Assembly (NCBI GenBank): GCA_951406725.2
Contig: OX597830.1
Span: forward strand, 41,168,001 to 41,232,000
Reading direction: 5' to 3'
From: Octopus vulgaris
Taxonomy: Eukaryota
DNA: 64,000 nucleotides
This document shows positions 12,444 to 26,260 of this stretch, one piece after another. The translations under genes and the position numbers were made by a program. Under the pieces are notes generated by a model, which saw only the letters and a list, made by a program, of their open reading frames with translations, did not search any database and was not told where the DNA came from. How positions within the stretch are numbered: the first letter of the stretch is position 1; each line of letters opens with the position of its first letter.

Positions 12444-12495
12444 AATAATAATAATGATAATGATAATGATGATGATGACAATAATAATAATGATA

Positions 12496-12527
<32 letters not shown>

Positions 12528-13113
12528 GTAATAATAATAATAATAATTTAATTGAATTAACTTTGTAGATAATTATATTTACTCAGTATGTATCTAATGA
12601 TAATTCTGTCGAAGAGGAAAAGAATAAAAAAAAAAACGATATTTAAAAGTTTCACATTAATTAGATAATGTTTTTAATAATAACAAGTAAAGAAAACACC
12701 AAAGAGAAAATAATGACACATTTTGGTATATATTCGATGAATACAATTCCACATCAATATCTCAGCTTATATACGATGTTGCTGTAATACACTGACAAAA
12801 GATGTCATAGAATTTTGCTATTTGTTAGGTTAGAACTGGCTAAGAAAGTTACCTCCCTTTGCTTTCTCTCTCTTGCATTGAAATCTAATTCATATATGAC
12901 ACATTAGCTCTCCTCTCTCCTCACTCCTTTCTTTCGATTTCTCTCCTCTCTCTCCCTCTTTCTACCTCTCATGCACACAGGTGGCCATATACCTTTTCTT
13001 TTCTCTCTTTCTCATCCTCTTGCATACAAGCACGAATACATTACTAACTCAAGCTCCTTCCTGCCTGCTTTTTTCCTTTCTCTTCCATTGAAATACATGT
13101 ATGTATGTGTATA

Positions 13114-13184
<71 letters not shown>

Positions 13185-13467
13185 GTATGCGTGCGTCCGT
13201 GTGTGTATTGATTTATGTATAATTTGGCACTTGGCCTCACATTTACTGTGGAAGCGAAGAAAAAAGTTGTCAGATATTCAGATCTCTTCTTCAAGCATAT
13301 CAGCAATGGAAAGGAATAAAAAGAAATGGCTACACTAGGAATCAAACTGAGGTCTTGTGCTCAACCAACCAGTCTTATGCAGTGTGGTGTCTTACATTCC
13401 TTTCCCTCTGTAGACGTGACTTAATAACAATATGGATTCTGTATCAGTTTCAGTTATTTGGCTTTGT

Positions 13468-13800
13468 GGCTGTGGCTTTGTAGTTAGGAAGTTTTCACTT
13501 TTGTAGCCACGGGACCTCAGGTTTTGTTCCACTGTGCTGCAGCTTGGGCATGTATCTGTGCTATAGCCCTGAGCCAACCAATACCTTGTGATTGAATTTG
13601 GTTGATAGAAACAGTGTAGAAGCCCTGTGTGTATGTATGTATATATGGATGGATGGATGGCTGTATGTGTGTGAGTATGTGTGTGTCTGTGTTTGTTCCC
13701 CAGCTTGACAGATGGTGTTGGTTTGTTTATGTCCTTGTAACTTAGTTGTTTGGAAAAAGTGACTGATAGAATAAATATCACATTTAGAAAAATAAGTATT
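13468..13800 (+). mobile_element. SINE family A, diverged
   Basis: Colinear with 55781-56175, including the internal microsatellite. Confidence 0.75.
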
Positions 13801-13809
13801 AGCATCTAA

Positions 13810-13908
13810 ATGGAGGTGTAGTCAAATTTTATGGACTCAACCATTTTCTAAAATAAGTCGAAAGGTAAGTTACTATAAATCGGCACAAACTTTCTGGACA
13901 ACCCAATA
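13810..13908 (+). mobile_element. Mariner-like transposon end fragment
   Basis: Ends aactttctggacaacccaa|TA, the reverse complement of a TTGGGTTGTCC-type mariner TIR plus TA. Confidence 0.5.
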
Positions 13909-14117
13909 CATGCCATCAGCATGGGTTCCAGTTACAAAACACCAGCATCAGCCACAACTATGATCTCACTTGGCTTGACAGGTCTTCTCAAGCACAGTGT
14001 ATTGCTGAAGGTCTCGGTCACTTGTCACTGCCTCCGTGATGTCCAAAGTTCTTACATGCCACCACCATGGGAGCCATTTATGTGACACTGGCATCAGTCA
14101 TGGCTATGATTTCACAT

Positions 14118-14510
14118 TCTGAGTATATATTCTACCAAGGTTGACTTTGTCTTTTATCCTTTCAAGGTTGAGAAAATGAGTACCAGTTAAACATGGAGGT
14201 AGGCGGGGTGTCACTGTAATCAACTTAACCCCCTCCCCCAAAATTACTGGCCTTGTGCCAAAATGTGAAACTAGTATTTTAAGATATTATTAAGGCGGTG
14301 AGCTGGCAAAATTGTTGCCACACAGGGTTAAATGTTTAGTGACATTTAATCCGTCTATATATTCTAAGTTCAAATTCTGCCTAAGTCAACTTTGTCTATC
14401 ATCCCTTTCAGGGTTGCTAAAGCAAGTGCTTGTTGAACATTGGGATCAGTATAATTGACTTACACCCCCACCCCCCCAGATTGCTGGCCTTGGCCCAAAA
14501 TTTGAAATCA
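14118..14510 (+). mobile_element. Two tandem SINE family B copies
   Basis: Partial copy 14118-14272 and full copy 14292-14510 (aaggcggtgagctggc...ggccttggcccaaaatttgaaatc). Confidence 0.75.
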
Positions 14511-15164
14511 GTATTTAAGGTATTATGGTATCATTACTACAGAACACCTTGCAAAATTAAACAGAAAAACAAATTTGATATTACCATGTTCGTTATCACA
14601 TTAACCACATTCTATAATTAGCCAACTTTTTGTTTTATTTTACTTTATTTATTATTTATTCTTTTTCTAATTCACCTCTAACAACTGGCAGTCTTTCAGG
14701 TCAATGTTGTACCTTTCTCAGTTGGCAGTCTGTCAAACCTTCTTTATTTCCTTCCACCTTTTGACAACCAGCTTTTTGTTAGATTTAATTATCATTAGCT
14801 GTATAGTTTAATTGATTATCTTAACTGTTTCATTCTCTTTTTTTTCTCCTTTTTCTTACTTTACAGAACAAAAGCTCTGAAAAGTGATATTTTTTCCTGG
14901 CTTAAATTCAGTCTAATTTAAATTCTTTAAATTATATTTTTTGATAATGGAGATACTTTTTCTACATGGCTTATTTCATATTAGGGTAGTGAGTAAACTG
15001 TCAGAAATGACAGTGTATCATGCCTGCTTAGGATTTTGTCTATGTTCTGAGTTCAAATCAGAATTAACTTTTCATTCACTCCGTGTTGTTTAAATAAATA
15101 CCTGTAACACCTGCAGTTCAAATTCTTCCTTTCTAAATTGAAAATAAATATTATTCATCCACAC

Positions 15165-15935
15165 CATCATCATCATTTAATGTGACAATTTTCAAGCTTG
15201 CATGGGTCAAACAGAACTTGCTATGGTGGATTTGCCACAACTGGATGCCCTTCCTGCTCACCAGTTTCCAAGCAAGGTAATATTCCTTGTGACCAGACAT
15301 GTTTTCATGGAAGATTGAAAATGAAGGACCCAGCTTGCTTTATGATGACTCTTGTTTACGACGATCATGAAATGTCAAGTCAAGGAGACAGCAATACACA
15401 CATACATTGAGCTTCTTACAGTTTCCATCTACCAAATCTACTCACAAGGCTTTGGCTTGCACAAGGTGCCTGTAGTTAAGGAAACCAATTTTAAATTTCC
15501 AATATTCTGCTAAAGCATGTCTGGTCATGGAAAAAGATTACCTTATTTGGAAACAGGTAAAGGTTGGAAACAGGAAGTGCATCAGTCCATAGAAAATCTA
15601 CATCATCACCATTATCATCATTTAGCATCTGCTTTCCATGCTGGCATGGGTTGGACCGTTTGACTGAAAACTAGTAAGCTGGGGAGCTGCATCAGGCTCC
15701 AATCTGGTTTGGCATTGATGCCCTTCCTAATGCCAACCACACCAAGAGTGTGGTGGGTGCTTTATATATGCCACTGGCATGGATGCCAGATATGCGACAC
15801 CAGCATCCACCATGATTACGATTTCACTTGACCTGATAAGTCTTCTCAAGCACAGCATATTGCCAAAGATCTCAGTCACTTGTCATTGCCTGTCTAATCC
15901 ATGCAAGCATGGAAAAGTGAATGTTAAGATGATTA
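15165..15935. mobile_element. Cluster of family A'/E (GAT-tailed) SINE fragments in both orientations
   Basis: Repeated ctggatgcccttcct, ttccatgctggcatggg and catgcaagcatggaaaagtg motifs. Confidence 0.65.
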
Positions 15936-15993
15936 TAATATTTAATTTTAATGTTATATATATATGTGTGTGTGTGTATGTTGTGTATGTATG

Positions 15994-16024
<31 letters not shown>

Positions 16025-17047
16025 ATTAAGTATATCATATACACCCAAGTCAAGAAAGCTCTAAAATAAGTTATGAACATTCTCCTTTCTCCACCTCATA
16101 AGACAAATTAATATAAGCATCTCTCCATATTCCACACAAACAGTCAACTTATCTTGAAATAATTATCATTCCATACCTTTCAATTAAAACAGAATTACTG
16201 ACTTTGGCATACCATATGTTACCTTTATATAGAAAGTAACAATTCCTTGCTTTAGAAAAAAAAAGAAAAACTTCAAATTTATATTTAAAAATTTTTTTTA
16301 ATTCTATCTCAAGTACAGAAAAAGATGAAGAATGACATTGAGGTAAAAAAAACAAAAGTTAAACTGCCCCTCCTTCCCTATTTATTATTGTTGTCGTTGT
16401 TTTTGTTGTTGCTACATTTATCATTTTACAAGTCAAAACTGCCTAGTTAATCTCGATCAGTTATATGGCAGCGATATAAAGTGCACCACATTGCTACCAA
16501 CTCCACACATCACCAAACTATCACCACTGCCTCCAGCTTTGTGATGCTCTTGATCCTGAAAGACTTCATAGCAGAGCGTTTTGTTTGATCATCTCAGAAG
16601 TAGCTGTCAAAACATGGCTTATTGTCATCAAGCACCCAATATATTTGGTGGAGGGAGTAGGGATTGGTTGGGCTGGTGGTGAAAGTAGCAGAAAGGCAAA
16701 GGAGTAGAGGTAGTGGTAGTAGTAGTAGTAGTAGTACCTGATCCAAGTTGATGAATTAGGATCAGAATTAAAGAGAAGGTTTAGACATTGCTGCGTGACG
16801 TGATGCAGTTGACATTAGCTTGTATAAAGGATTTCATAAATTGGCACAAGGCTACCGATTAGGTTGGGCTTGGAGGATGGGGTGTTATTATAGTCAATTA
16901 AATTCATTGCAGTTCATGACTGATGACTATTTCATGAACCTTGGAAGAATGAAAAACGAAAATGACGACGACCACAGTGAAATTTGAATTGGGAACAGAT
17001 TAAGGAAGGATGGTCTTTCTTATTAATGTGAACTGTTATTTATTTAA

Positions 17048-17608
17048 CCTTTTTGTTACCTTATTTATTCTGAGATGCTCTGTGTTTCTTTCAATTAATT
17101 TTAAATATAACAAGGAAATTTAGTAAAATAATTTAGTTATCATTAAGCTAGTGTTAGGAACATAAATTGTGACTAAGGTTTGGTGGAAGATTTTAATTCA
17201 AAACTTATGAAAACAAGACATTTGTACTACAGAACCAGAGCCAGTTTCAGCTAGGTTGGTATTAAAAGGTTTAAATATAACAAAGAATTTAGTAAAATAA
17301 CTTAGTTATCATTATGCTAGTGTTAGGAACATAAATTGTAACTAAGGTTTGGTGGAAGATTTTAATTCAAAACTTATGAAAACAAGACATTTGTACTACA
17401 GAACCAGAGCCAGTTTCAGCTAGGTTGGTATTAAAAGGTTTAAATATAACAAAGAATTTAGTAAAATAACTTAGTTGTTATTAAGCTAGTGTTAGGAACA
17501 TAAATTGTGACTAAGGTTTGGTGGAAGATTTTAATTCAAAACTTATGAAAGCAAAATGTTTGTACTACAGATCCAGAAGGAGTTTCAGCTGGGTTGGTAT
17601 TGAAACGG
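17048..17608 (+). mobile_element. TTAA-flanked piggyBac-like MITE with internal triplication of a 169-170 bp unit
   Basis: ttaa at 17044-17047 and 17609-17612; termini ccttttt-gttacc and ggtattgaaacgg; units start at 17101, 17271 and 17440. Confidence 0.8.
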
Positions 17609-17669
17609 TTAATCAGAGGTTCTACCATTTCTGTAATGCCCCAGATTGGATACACCTTTTTAATCTTTA

Positions 17670-18035
17670 TGTTTTATTGATTGCTTGTTTCAGTCATTGG
17701 ACTGCAGCCATGCAGGGGCACATCTTTGAAAGGTTTAGTTGAACAGATCACCCCACCCCACCCCATCTACTTATCTTTTAAAGGCCTGATACTTATTCTG
17801 TTGATTGCTTTTGCTGAACTGCTAATCTCACAGGGATGTGAACAAAGCACTACCAGCTGGCAAGCAGTTGTGGAGACACAAAGACACACACACACAATGG
17901 GTTTCCATGCAGTTTTTGTTTACCAAATCCACTCACAAGCCATCGTTTGACCAAAAGCTATAGTAGGGAACACTTAACTCAAGATGCCTTGCAGTGGAAT
18001 TGAACTCCAAAGCCATGTGGTTGCAAGGCAACCAT
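17670..18035 (-). mobile_element. SINE family A, diverged
   Basis: cttgtttcagtcattggactgcagccatgc...taccaaatccactcacaag...aactc..ccatgtggttgc. Confidence 0.75.
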
Positions 18036-18094
18036 GTGAAGACCTCTCTCATTGACCAGTATTTTACTAGCCTCCAGAATTGAATTCATCTCCT

Positions 18095-18507
18095 TGACAC
18101 TCTAGCATTTAAACTGGCCATATTCAGCTCAAATATTCTACCTGTTATTCATTCAAACTGACCATATCCAGCCTCTCACACCTACCCTAAATTCACATTC
18201 TGAAAATAAACAATCACATCATTGAAATGTCAAAGCTATAAGATAATGCATGATTAATACAAAATGGCATGAATAAATGTCCTGTGACTGGCACCCATGC
18301 CAGTGGCATGTAAAAACACTGATTACATTCTTGGAGTGGTTGGCATTAGGAAAAGCATCTAGTTGTAGAATCTATGCCAGATTGGAGTCTGGTGTAGCCC
18401 CTCAGCTTACCAGCCCTAGTCAAATTGCTCACCTCAAACTAGCATGGACAACGGATGTTAAATGATGATGATGATTTAACAGAGTAATCTGAATGCAAAA
18501 GAGTTAA
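18095..18507 (+). mobile_element. Second TTAA-type MITE family, interrupted by a family E fragment (about 18280-18475)
   Basis: Reverse complement of 57620-58175; ends gaatgcaaaagag|ttaa. Confidence 0.6.
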
Positions 18508-18919
18508 ATTGGCTTTGGAAACCTTCAGTTCAGCAATGTCACTGAGCTCTCTGCAGTACCTTCAATAGTATTAAATAGTAGAAGAACCAAGAAAATTAAT
18601 TTGCACAATATTATTGAATGAAGTTGTAAATATGTAAAAAAAGAAAAAAAAAACTTGAAAAAATTCAAAAGAGTAGCAATTAAATTTACCATCCAATTAC
18701 AACATTTTGTTTAATTAATTTAACAAAATTGATGGTCTTTATCCAATGATGCCAGTCTAGACGAGGTAAAGTGAATAAATCAGTTATAAAAGGCTGGTTA
18801 GTTGTATTGTGACCAAACGATGTCTGTGACTAAGTTTAGAGTAAAGTTGCATTATTCTAAGACCAAATTTTGGTAGAACTAACATGATAAAAGTGACCTT
18901 TGTATAGGTGTATTATTGT

Positions 18920-19079
18920 ATGGTTGTGTGGTAAGATATTTGCTTCCTAACAATATAATTCTGGGATCAGTTTCCCTGTGTGGTACCTTGGGCAAGTGTC
19001 TTTTACCATAGCCCCAGGCCAAGGCTGAGAAAAGCCTTGTGAGTGGATTTGGTAGTCAGAAACTGAAAGAAGCCTCTCA

Positions 19080-19117
<38 letters not shown>

Positions 19118-19380
19118 ACATACATGCACACACATATGTATATATATATCTATGTGTGTCTGTCTTTGCATCCGTGTTTGTCCCTTACCCACCACTTGAC
19201 AGCTGGCATTAGTCTATTTACATTCCCATGACTTAGCAGTTCAGCAAAAGACATTAATAGAATAAGTACCAGACTGAAAACAAATAGAATTACTGGGGTT
19301 GATTTGATCAGCTAAAACCCTTCAAGGTAGTGCTCCAACTTGGGCACAGCTTAATGACTGAAACAAAATCAGTATAAAAG
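18920..19380 (+). mobile_element. SINE family A
   Basis: tgtgtggtaag...accttgggcaagtgtc...ccttgtgagtggatttggtag...aatgactgaaacaa. Confidence 0.85.
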
Positions 19381-19454
19381 ATACACCCTTTTTTTGCCAG
19401 CCATCCTTCAGGAATTTTTGTTTTTCCACTAATTATAATATTTCCCAACATTCT

Positions 19455-19660
19455 ATTCTACTCTAGGTACAAGGCCTGAAATTTTTTGTGGTTGGGGAGG
19501 GAGCCAGTCAATTAGATCAACCCCAGTATACAACTGGTACTTATTTTATCGACCCCAAAATGATGAAAGGCAAAGTCGACCGTGGCGGAATTTGAACTCA
19601 GAACATGAAGACAGGCGAAATACTGCTAAGCATTTCACCTGTCGTGTTAACGTTTCTGCC
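19455..19660 (-). mobile_element. SINE family B
   Basis: Match to the B consensus. Confidence 0.85.
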
Positions 19661-20341
19661 CTCCTATTTTGACCTGCAAATTTTAAACAAATGATAGATA
19701 TGAAAACATGGCCTCAGCCTTTCGCATATTTTGCAGAGGAGTTATGTTTGTGTTCTAATGATGGAGAGATCTTGTTGATCACTTGCCTTTTATGTTTGTA
19801 TCAGAGGACCCTGATTTTATGATACAAACTTCCTGCTATAAAATGATATTAATTAGAACTTTCCATTGAAATCTCTTGTTAATTTATGTTCCAAACACCA
19901 GCTTAATGCTACCAAAGTTATTTTACTAAATTCTTCATTATTTTCAACATTAATTGAAATAAAAGTAGTGTATTTCAAGAGAAATATGGTAACAACAGGT
20001 GTTAATGAAGGAGAAATAGAAAAACAACAGGTAGGTGTTTCTTGTAAACAAAAGACAAAAAGAAAAATAGAGAAAATTAAACAACTTTTGACTAAGAATT
20101 GAAACTGGGTTTGTCTTTTTGCTTGATTGGTCAGAGACTTACCTCTTTACTCTACAGTGCTTACCTTCTTCAGATAATAGATCAAGGTTAATGCAAATAA
20201 ATTCTTTGGCTGTCTACTTAGCTCACCTGTCCCCAAAGGCTCAAGTCCTCTACATTAGAAGCATTTAGAATTCTTGTCGAGCTGTCTAGTAAATCTACAC
20301 TTTGAACATATTGATTTTTTTCTCTCTCTTCTTCGCTCTCT

Positions 20342-20379
<38 letters not shown>

Positions 20380-21660
20380 AATACGCTTTACATGTGAACT
20401 GTATGCAAGAGATTTGATACATGGTAGTAAATCACTATAAGTGCTAGTTGTGAGTTTTTTTTGTTTTTATTTATTTATTTATTTTCTGGAAGGACATAAT
20501 CGGTGCCTAAACAATATCTAAGTTTCCATAGTGACCAAAAGAAATTTCTGCAAAATCTTCACTGCTGTTGGGAAAGAGCTTCTTAAGGAGCATAAAATGT
20601 AAAACTGCGTGATATTTTATATCCAAACGTGTTAATCTATGTCACCTAAGATATACAGAATAGATTTCTTTTGCCCAGGAGCAAGGACGAATTGTGTCAG
20701 GAGAAAAAGAATAAAGAGTTTTGAAATGAGTTCTGTATATAACCAGTTTCTTATTTTATTGATCTTGGAGGTATAAAAGGCAATGTTTGAACTCAGAATG
20801 GTTATACACCAAGCTGTGGATACTATAAAGCTTTTTATTACAACTTTTCTGACTCTACTATCTTAATTGATTGCACTTGAGATAGATATAAATGTCACCT
20901 AAGTCCCAGGAGGGTTTTGCAAACTGTTTAGTTTCATTTTGATGGTGTAAAAAGTATATGGGATAAATCTTCCCCAGGAATTTGCTATCTGTGCTTCAAA
21001 GGTAACATTCTCAGATGATCTAGTACCAATTTCTGATTCTAGATTGTTCTTCTCAGAAACACAATATAAACATCAGATTTTAGCTTTGCACTCACTGTCA
21101 CTGACTGAGAAAGTTGTCCAGTCTACTTTGTATCTAAATACTTGAGACAGACAGACAGATATCCTATTTAGTGAGGGTAATTTATCTGCTTAACACTACA
21201 AAGGAACGAGGGTGGGAATCTGAATGCCATCTTCACTGAATCTCTTGGAACCATTTTGAAACTTTTTTCTTCCTTCTTTTCTTCTACATTTCATCCTTGA
21301 TGAATTAGATTCAGAAACATGAAAATTTCAGTAGACCAATGCGTATAATTATGTTTCAGACATCTTTTTATTACCTGGCAAACTTCACATAGTTAGAAAC
21401 TTTGAACAGCAGCTTTAAACAAATAAATTTTTTTTTAAAAAACCCAAAAAATCATCTATATGTACTGAGTACTCTTCCATTTGTGCATCCATGTGTGTGT
21501 ATATGTGTGTAGATAGCTAGGTAAATGAAAGTACATACACACACAAATATAATTACATACACACACACATGCATATATATAAATATATATATATATTAAT
21601 AATGTGTATATATATATATATATACACACACACAAATCTAAGTAGTACATACATATATAT

Positions 21661-21723
<63 letters not shown>

Positions 21724-22142
21724 ACACATATTGTTTTAAAACTGCAAACATGCTTCAGTACACTGAATGTTTTAGTTTTGATGTTGTGTTTGGTGCAAAG
21801 CTAAGTATAAACAGTTGTCAAACTAGCTTTACTCACATGTAAACTGAACAGACTTTTGTTTATGTAGCAATAGGCTGTGCTCTTTCAACAGAATGGCAAG
21901 GATCAAGAGAAATTTGATTATGGTTAACAAGTTAGAAACTGAGGTCATTTTGATATTTATGCTATTGTACCAAGAACTTAAATGTAGATCTAAATTGTAC
22001 ATTCCATACTGAGACAACGGGTTATTCTTTTTTTTGGATTCAGGCATTGGCTTGTGGCCATGCTAGAGCACCACTTTTGGGAATATATTTAATTCTATAG
22101 CGTGTAGTACTTATTTTATTGTCCAGTACTAGAAGGATATAA

Positions 22143-22470
22143 ATGGTACATGGCTCAGTGGTTAGAGCATTAGACTCACAATCATGAGGTAGTGAGTTCG
22201 ATTTCTGGTCCGGGCCCTGTTGTGTTCTTGAGCATGGCACTTTATTCCATGTTGCTCCAGTTCACTCAGCTGAAGAAATGAGTTGCAATGTCACTGGTGC
22301 CAAGATGTTATTAGCTTTTCCCTTTCCCTTGGATAACATTGGTGGCATGTAGAGGGAAGGCTGATATGCATGGGCGACTGCTGGCCTTCCATAAACAACC
22401 TTTTCCTGGACTTGTACCTTGGAGGGAACTTTCTAGGTGCAATCTCATGGTCATTCATGACCGAATGGCA
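22143..22470 (+). mobile_element. SINE family C (tRNA-derived head)
   Basis: A box tggctcagtggttagagc, B box gagttcgatttc; colinear with 57814-58138. Confidence 0.85.
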
Positions 22471-23839
22471 TCTTTATCAGAAGGATGAAAAGCAAAATAG
22501 CTCAGAGTGGAATTTGAATTCAGAAATTAGAACCATAACAAGATATTATGTTCAACATTCTGTCAATTCTGCCATCCATCTAGTTTCAATGTTTTAAATT
22601 CTTAAATAGTTAACATGCTGTATGATGTATTGATAAAAGAAATATGAATGGTGAATGGTGCTTTCAGTAAAAGAATTTCAGGCAGGAAGGGTACTCAGAA
22701 ATAGCAAACATCTGAGAAGGGTTTTAGACAAATAATGCAGATCTGATGGGCCAAGAATGCTTATTTACATTGGATTTGTAACTGGTCAATAGAATTTAAA
22801 CCTTTTTTTAACCAGAGTATTGAGCTTAATAATATCTAGACCTTCAGTGACCGCTAGGAAGAATTCTATAATGAATCAATAAGGAAACCACTTCATGGTT
22901 ATTTGAACCACTAGGAACAGCAAGCAAATTTTCTCAAATTACATCTTACTGCATTAAAACAAGAAGCAGATAATGACCAATATAGTCTTAGATATTCCTG
23001 CAAAACAAAAAAAAAAACAACCCAAAGAAAACGGAATGTAATTCTTAAGCCAACAATGGTTTTGATCATAGGTTATATGAAATAAGCTGTTCTGGAACTT
23101 TTGCTGACTGCCAAATTTTTGAATCCATGAAACTATATCCAGCTCTTTCTAATTGACTCAATTGAGAATCGTTATTCAGAATAACAGGCTGCATGACACT
23201 ATATCAGAAAATTTTACTAAGTCTCCCAAATGCTTTGGTAAAAATTGATATTAACTAGCAGTGTCATGGCATTAGGTTGAAGAAAGTTAAATCTTCCCTA
23301 AAACAGGAGTCAGTCTATTGCAGATGGCAATTCTCAAAAGATCTTGTACCTTTACCCAACAGCTAATTAAACTGAGATATGTAGAGAATTAACTGGCTTC
23401 CCCTAAGGGCATTCTATGTATATGACTTGTGACTTAGGACTTAGGGAGATAAATGAAGGTTGGTACCAAAAATGTGAGGTGGTAAGACAATAAAATTCAA
23501 AACAATTTCACAATTTATTCAAAATCTAATAACAGCTAGAGAAAAGAATTATATTCGGTAGAAATTGACTTGATATATTATTCTCTGTTCTGTCATTCTT
23601 CAAATACTTTTGAAATTTCTTTGGTAATTTCAGAAATCCATTGGCAGATTCAACCACATTTCTGTGAATGGTATAATGCAATTACAGTTCTTATCTTACA
23701 TTTTCTTACCTTAGAATGAACGATACAGAAATTCTTCATACAACAAGAAATACAAACAATAGTATTTTTATCCTTACCTGTGTCAATACTAATCTGTTTA
23801 GAAATATTCCTGGTAATGATCCAATGCGTTCAGATCTTT

Positions 23840-23979
23840 TATCCTCTTTCATTTGTTTTAATTATTGGACTGTGGCCATGCTGGGGCACTGCATTGAAGG
23901 GTTTTAGCTGAACAAATCAACCCCCAGGGTTTTTTGTTTCTTTTTAAGCCTAGTACTTATTTTGTCCGTTATACCAAAG

Positions 23980-24011
<32 letters not shown>

Positions 24012-24195
24012 ACATGCGCATGCATGCGATATACGCACACAATGGGTTCCTTTCAGTTTCTATCCACCAAATCAACTCAGAAAACTTTGACCAGCCTGAC
24101 ACTATTGTAGAAGACACTTGCCCAAGGTGCTGTGCAGTGGGACTGAACCCAAGAACCATGTGGTTTGGGAAACAAGCTTCTCAATCACATGGCCT
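23840..24195 (-). mobile_element. SINE family A
   Basis: Reverse-complement match to the family A consensus. Confidence 0.8.
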
Positions 24196-24239
24196 GGAAT
24201 ATTTTTCTATCATTTACTTCCTAACTCCATCGTCTGTGT

Positions 24240-24403
24240 AACTAAGAAATTTCCTTGCAACTACAGAAATTTTGTGTTCAGTCTCATGGCACAGCACCTT
24301 GTGTTAGGGTTTTTTCTTATGGCACAGGCTGACTAAAGCCTTATGAGTGAATTTGGTAGTTGGAAACTGAAAAGATGTCTCTGTATGTATGTGTTTGTGT
24401 GTG

Positions 24404-24464
<61 letters not shown>

Positions 24465-24695
24465 TTGCTTTGACATTGTGTGCAAATTATAAAACAAACT
24501 TCACCACCACACAAGTACTGACAGTTATTTGCAATCTTCCATGGAAACCTATCCAGACAAGGGGGAAATATTTTGCTTAGTAACAAGTGGAGGGTTGGTG
24601 ACAGGAAGAGCATCCAACCATGGAAATACCCTGTTTCAACACATTTCGTCTGATCTATGCAAGCATGGAAAAGTAGATGTTATGATAATGATGAC
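24240..24695 (+). mobile_element. SINE family A' (A head, microsatellite, E-type GAT tail)
   Basis: gccttatgagtgaatttggtag..aactgaaa, (CT)n, then gggttggtgacaggaagagcatcca...catggaaaagtagatgttatgataatgatg. Confidence 0.65.
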
Positions 24696-24867
24696 AATCT
24701 GCTTGTGCTTTACCATTGTCTTAGCATTATTTGCACACTGCAGAGATGGTGCCATTATTTTCATCTGCCATGGTGATGTGTGTATGTGTGGAGAGAGAGA
24801 GATTGAGAGAGAGAGAGAGAGAGTGAGATAGATAAAATTCACACACATGTATATGTATCTCCACATG

Positions 24868-24898
<31 letters not shown>

Positions 24899-25779
24899 GC
24901 TCGCTCACACATGCATATTTTATTGTACATCTTTTAATTTTAGAGAAGAATTCAAATGTATTTTTGTATATAGAACATACAGCTATCTTTAAATGTTAGC
25001 ATCATCAGGAGGAGGTAAATCCATTTGCTTTGATAGTATTTCAGCTAAAAATTTTAGAATTTTAAAATTAAGTATAAACTAAATGATATTTAAAAAGTTA
25101 TAATGTAAATTTATTGAAAATTTTTATGAACTTAAGAATTTCAAATTGGGACTCTCCCCATGATTATTTCATAAAAATGTCTAAATTGAAGACTTTAACA
25201 AGGTTAAGATGAATTGATCATTATTTGGTATCTATATTGGAAAAAACATTTAGGCGAATCTGTGTATAGCAACAATGATTGTCTTTCTTATTTCTGTTTC
25301 TTTATTTCTCTTCATCTCTATTGCCAAGTAGAAGCTTCAAAATTATAAGAAAAAGCTTGTATTTATTTTTTAGTTTAGCTAGTTGTTCTTGTTGTTGATG
25401 TTGTTGCTTAATAAGTGCTACATACAACTGTTTAAAATCCATTTTAGCATCAGATTTTGTTTGAGAGAAGGGAAGAAAAAAAAAAAAGCTCATTAGAAAA
25501 TATAAAACTGACTTCAAGATTCATTCTTCAAGCTTGTAATCCAAAAACTAGAATCTCTGTTTCTATGCATCGAATAAAATAGAATAAAATAAAATAATAT
25601 AAATACTTACTTACTTCCTAATAGCTCTGTTTGTTTCCTTTCAGTGAATGCTGGCTATCATAACTAAGCAAATCATTTATAATTTACGCATTCCATTTAG
25701 ATTTTATGTTGCTCTTCATACAGCAATTGAAAATTTGGTAAACGTGTCAGTTTATAAGAAGGAATGTGTATTTTAGCAT

Positions 25780-25784
25780 ATATG

Positions 25785-25817
<33 letters not shown>

Positions 25818-25897
25818 ATGTGTGTGTGAGTGTATAGTATATGTGTATGTATAATATGTATATATATAATGTATATTAGTGTGTATGTGTATGTACT

Positions 25898-25956
<59 letters not shown>

Positions 25957-25995
25957 GTGTGTATGTATGTGTATGTATGTATATATATATATATT

Positions 25996-26032
<37 letters not shown>

Positions 26033-26042
26033 GTGTGCATGT

Positions 26043-26084
<42 letters not shown>

Positions 26085-26260
26085 TACGTGTGCATATATA
26101 TATATATATGCACATATATATATATATATATAGTATATATATATACATATATACGTGTATATATATATATATGCACATATATATATATATATATATACGT
26201 GTGCATGTATATATATATATAAAATGTGTGTATTTATACATATATCTATATAGTGTCTGT
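25780..26260. repeat. Compound (TG)n/(TA)n low-complexity tract
   Basis: Direct reading. Confidence 0.95.

Noticed and set aside
17101-17608. CRISPR-like array
   Set aside because: Contiguous 170-bp tandem units with no unique spacers, in eukaryotic DNA
20138-20230. Cluster of minus-strand donor-like motifs (cttacc, ctcacc); also at 23695-23778
   Set aside because: No paired acceptor or open frame found; expected by chance
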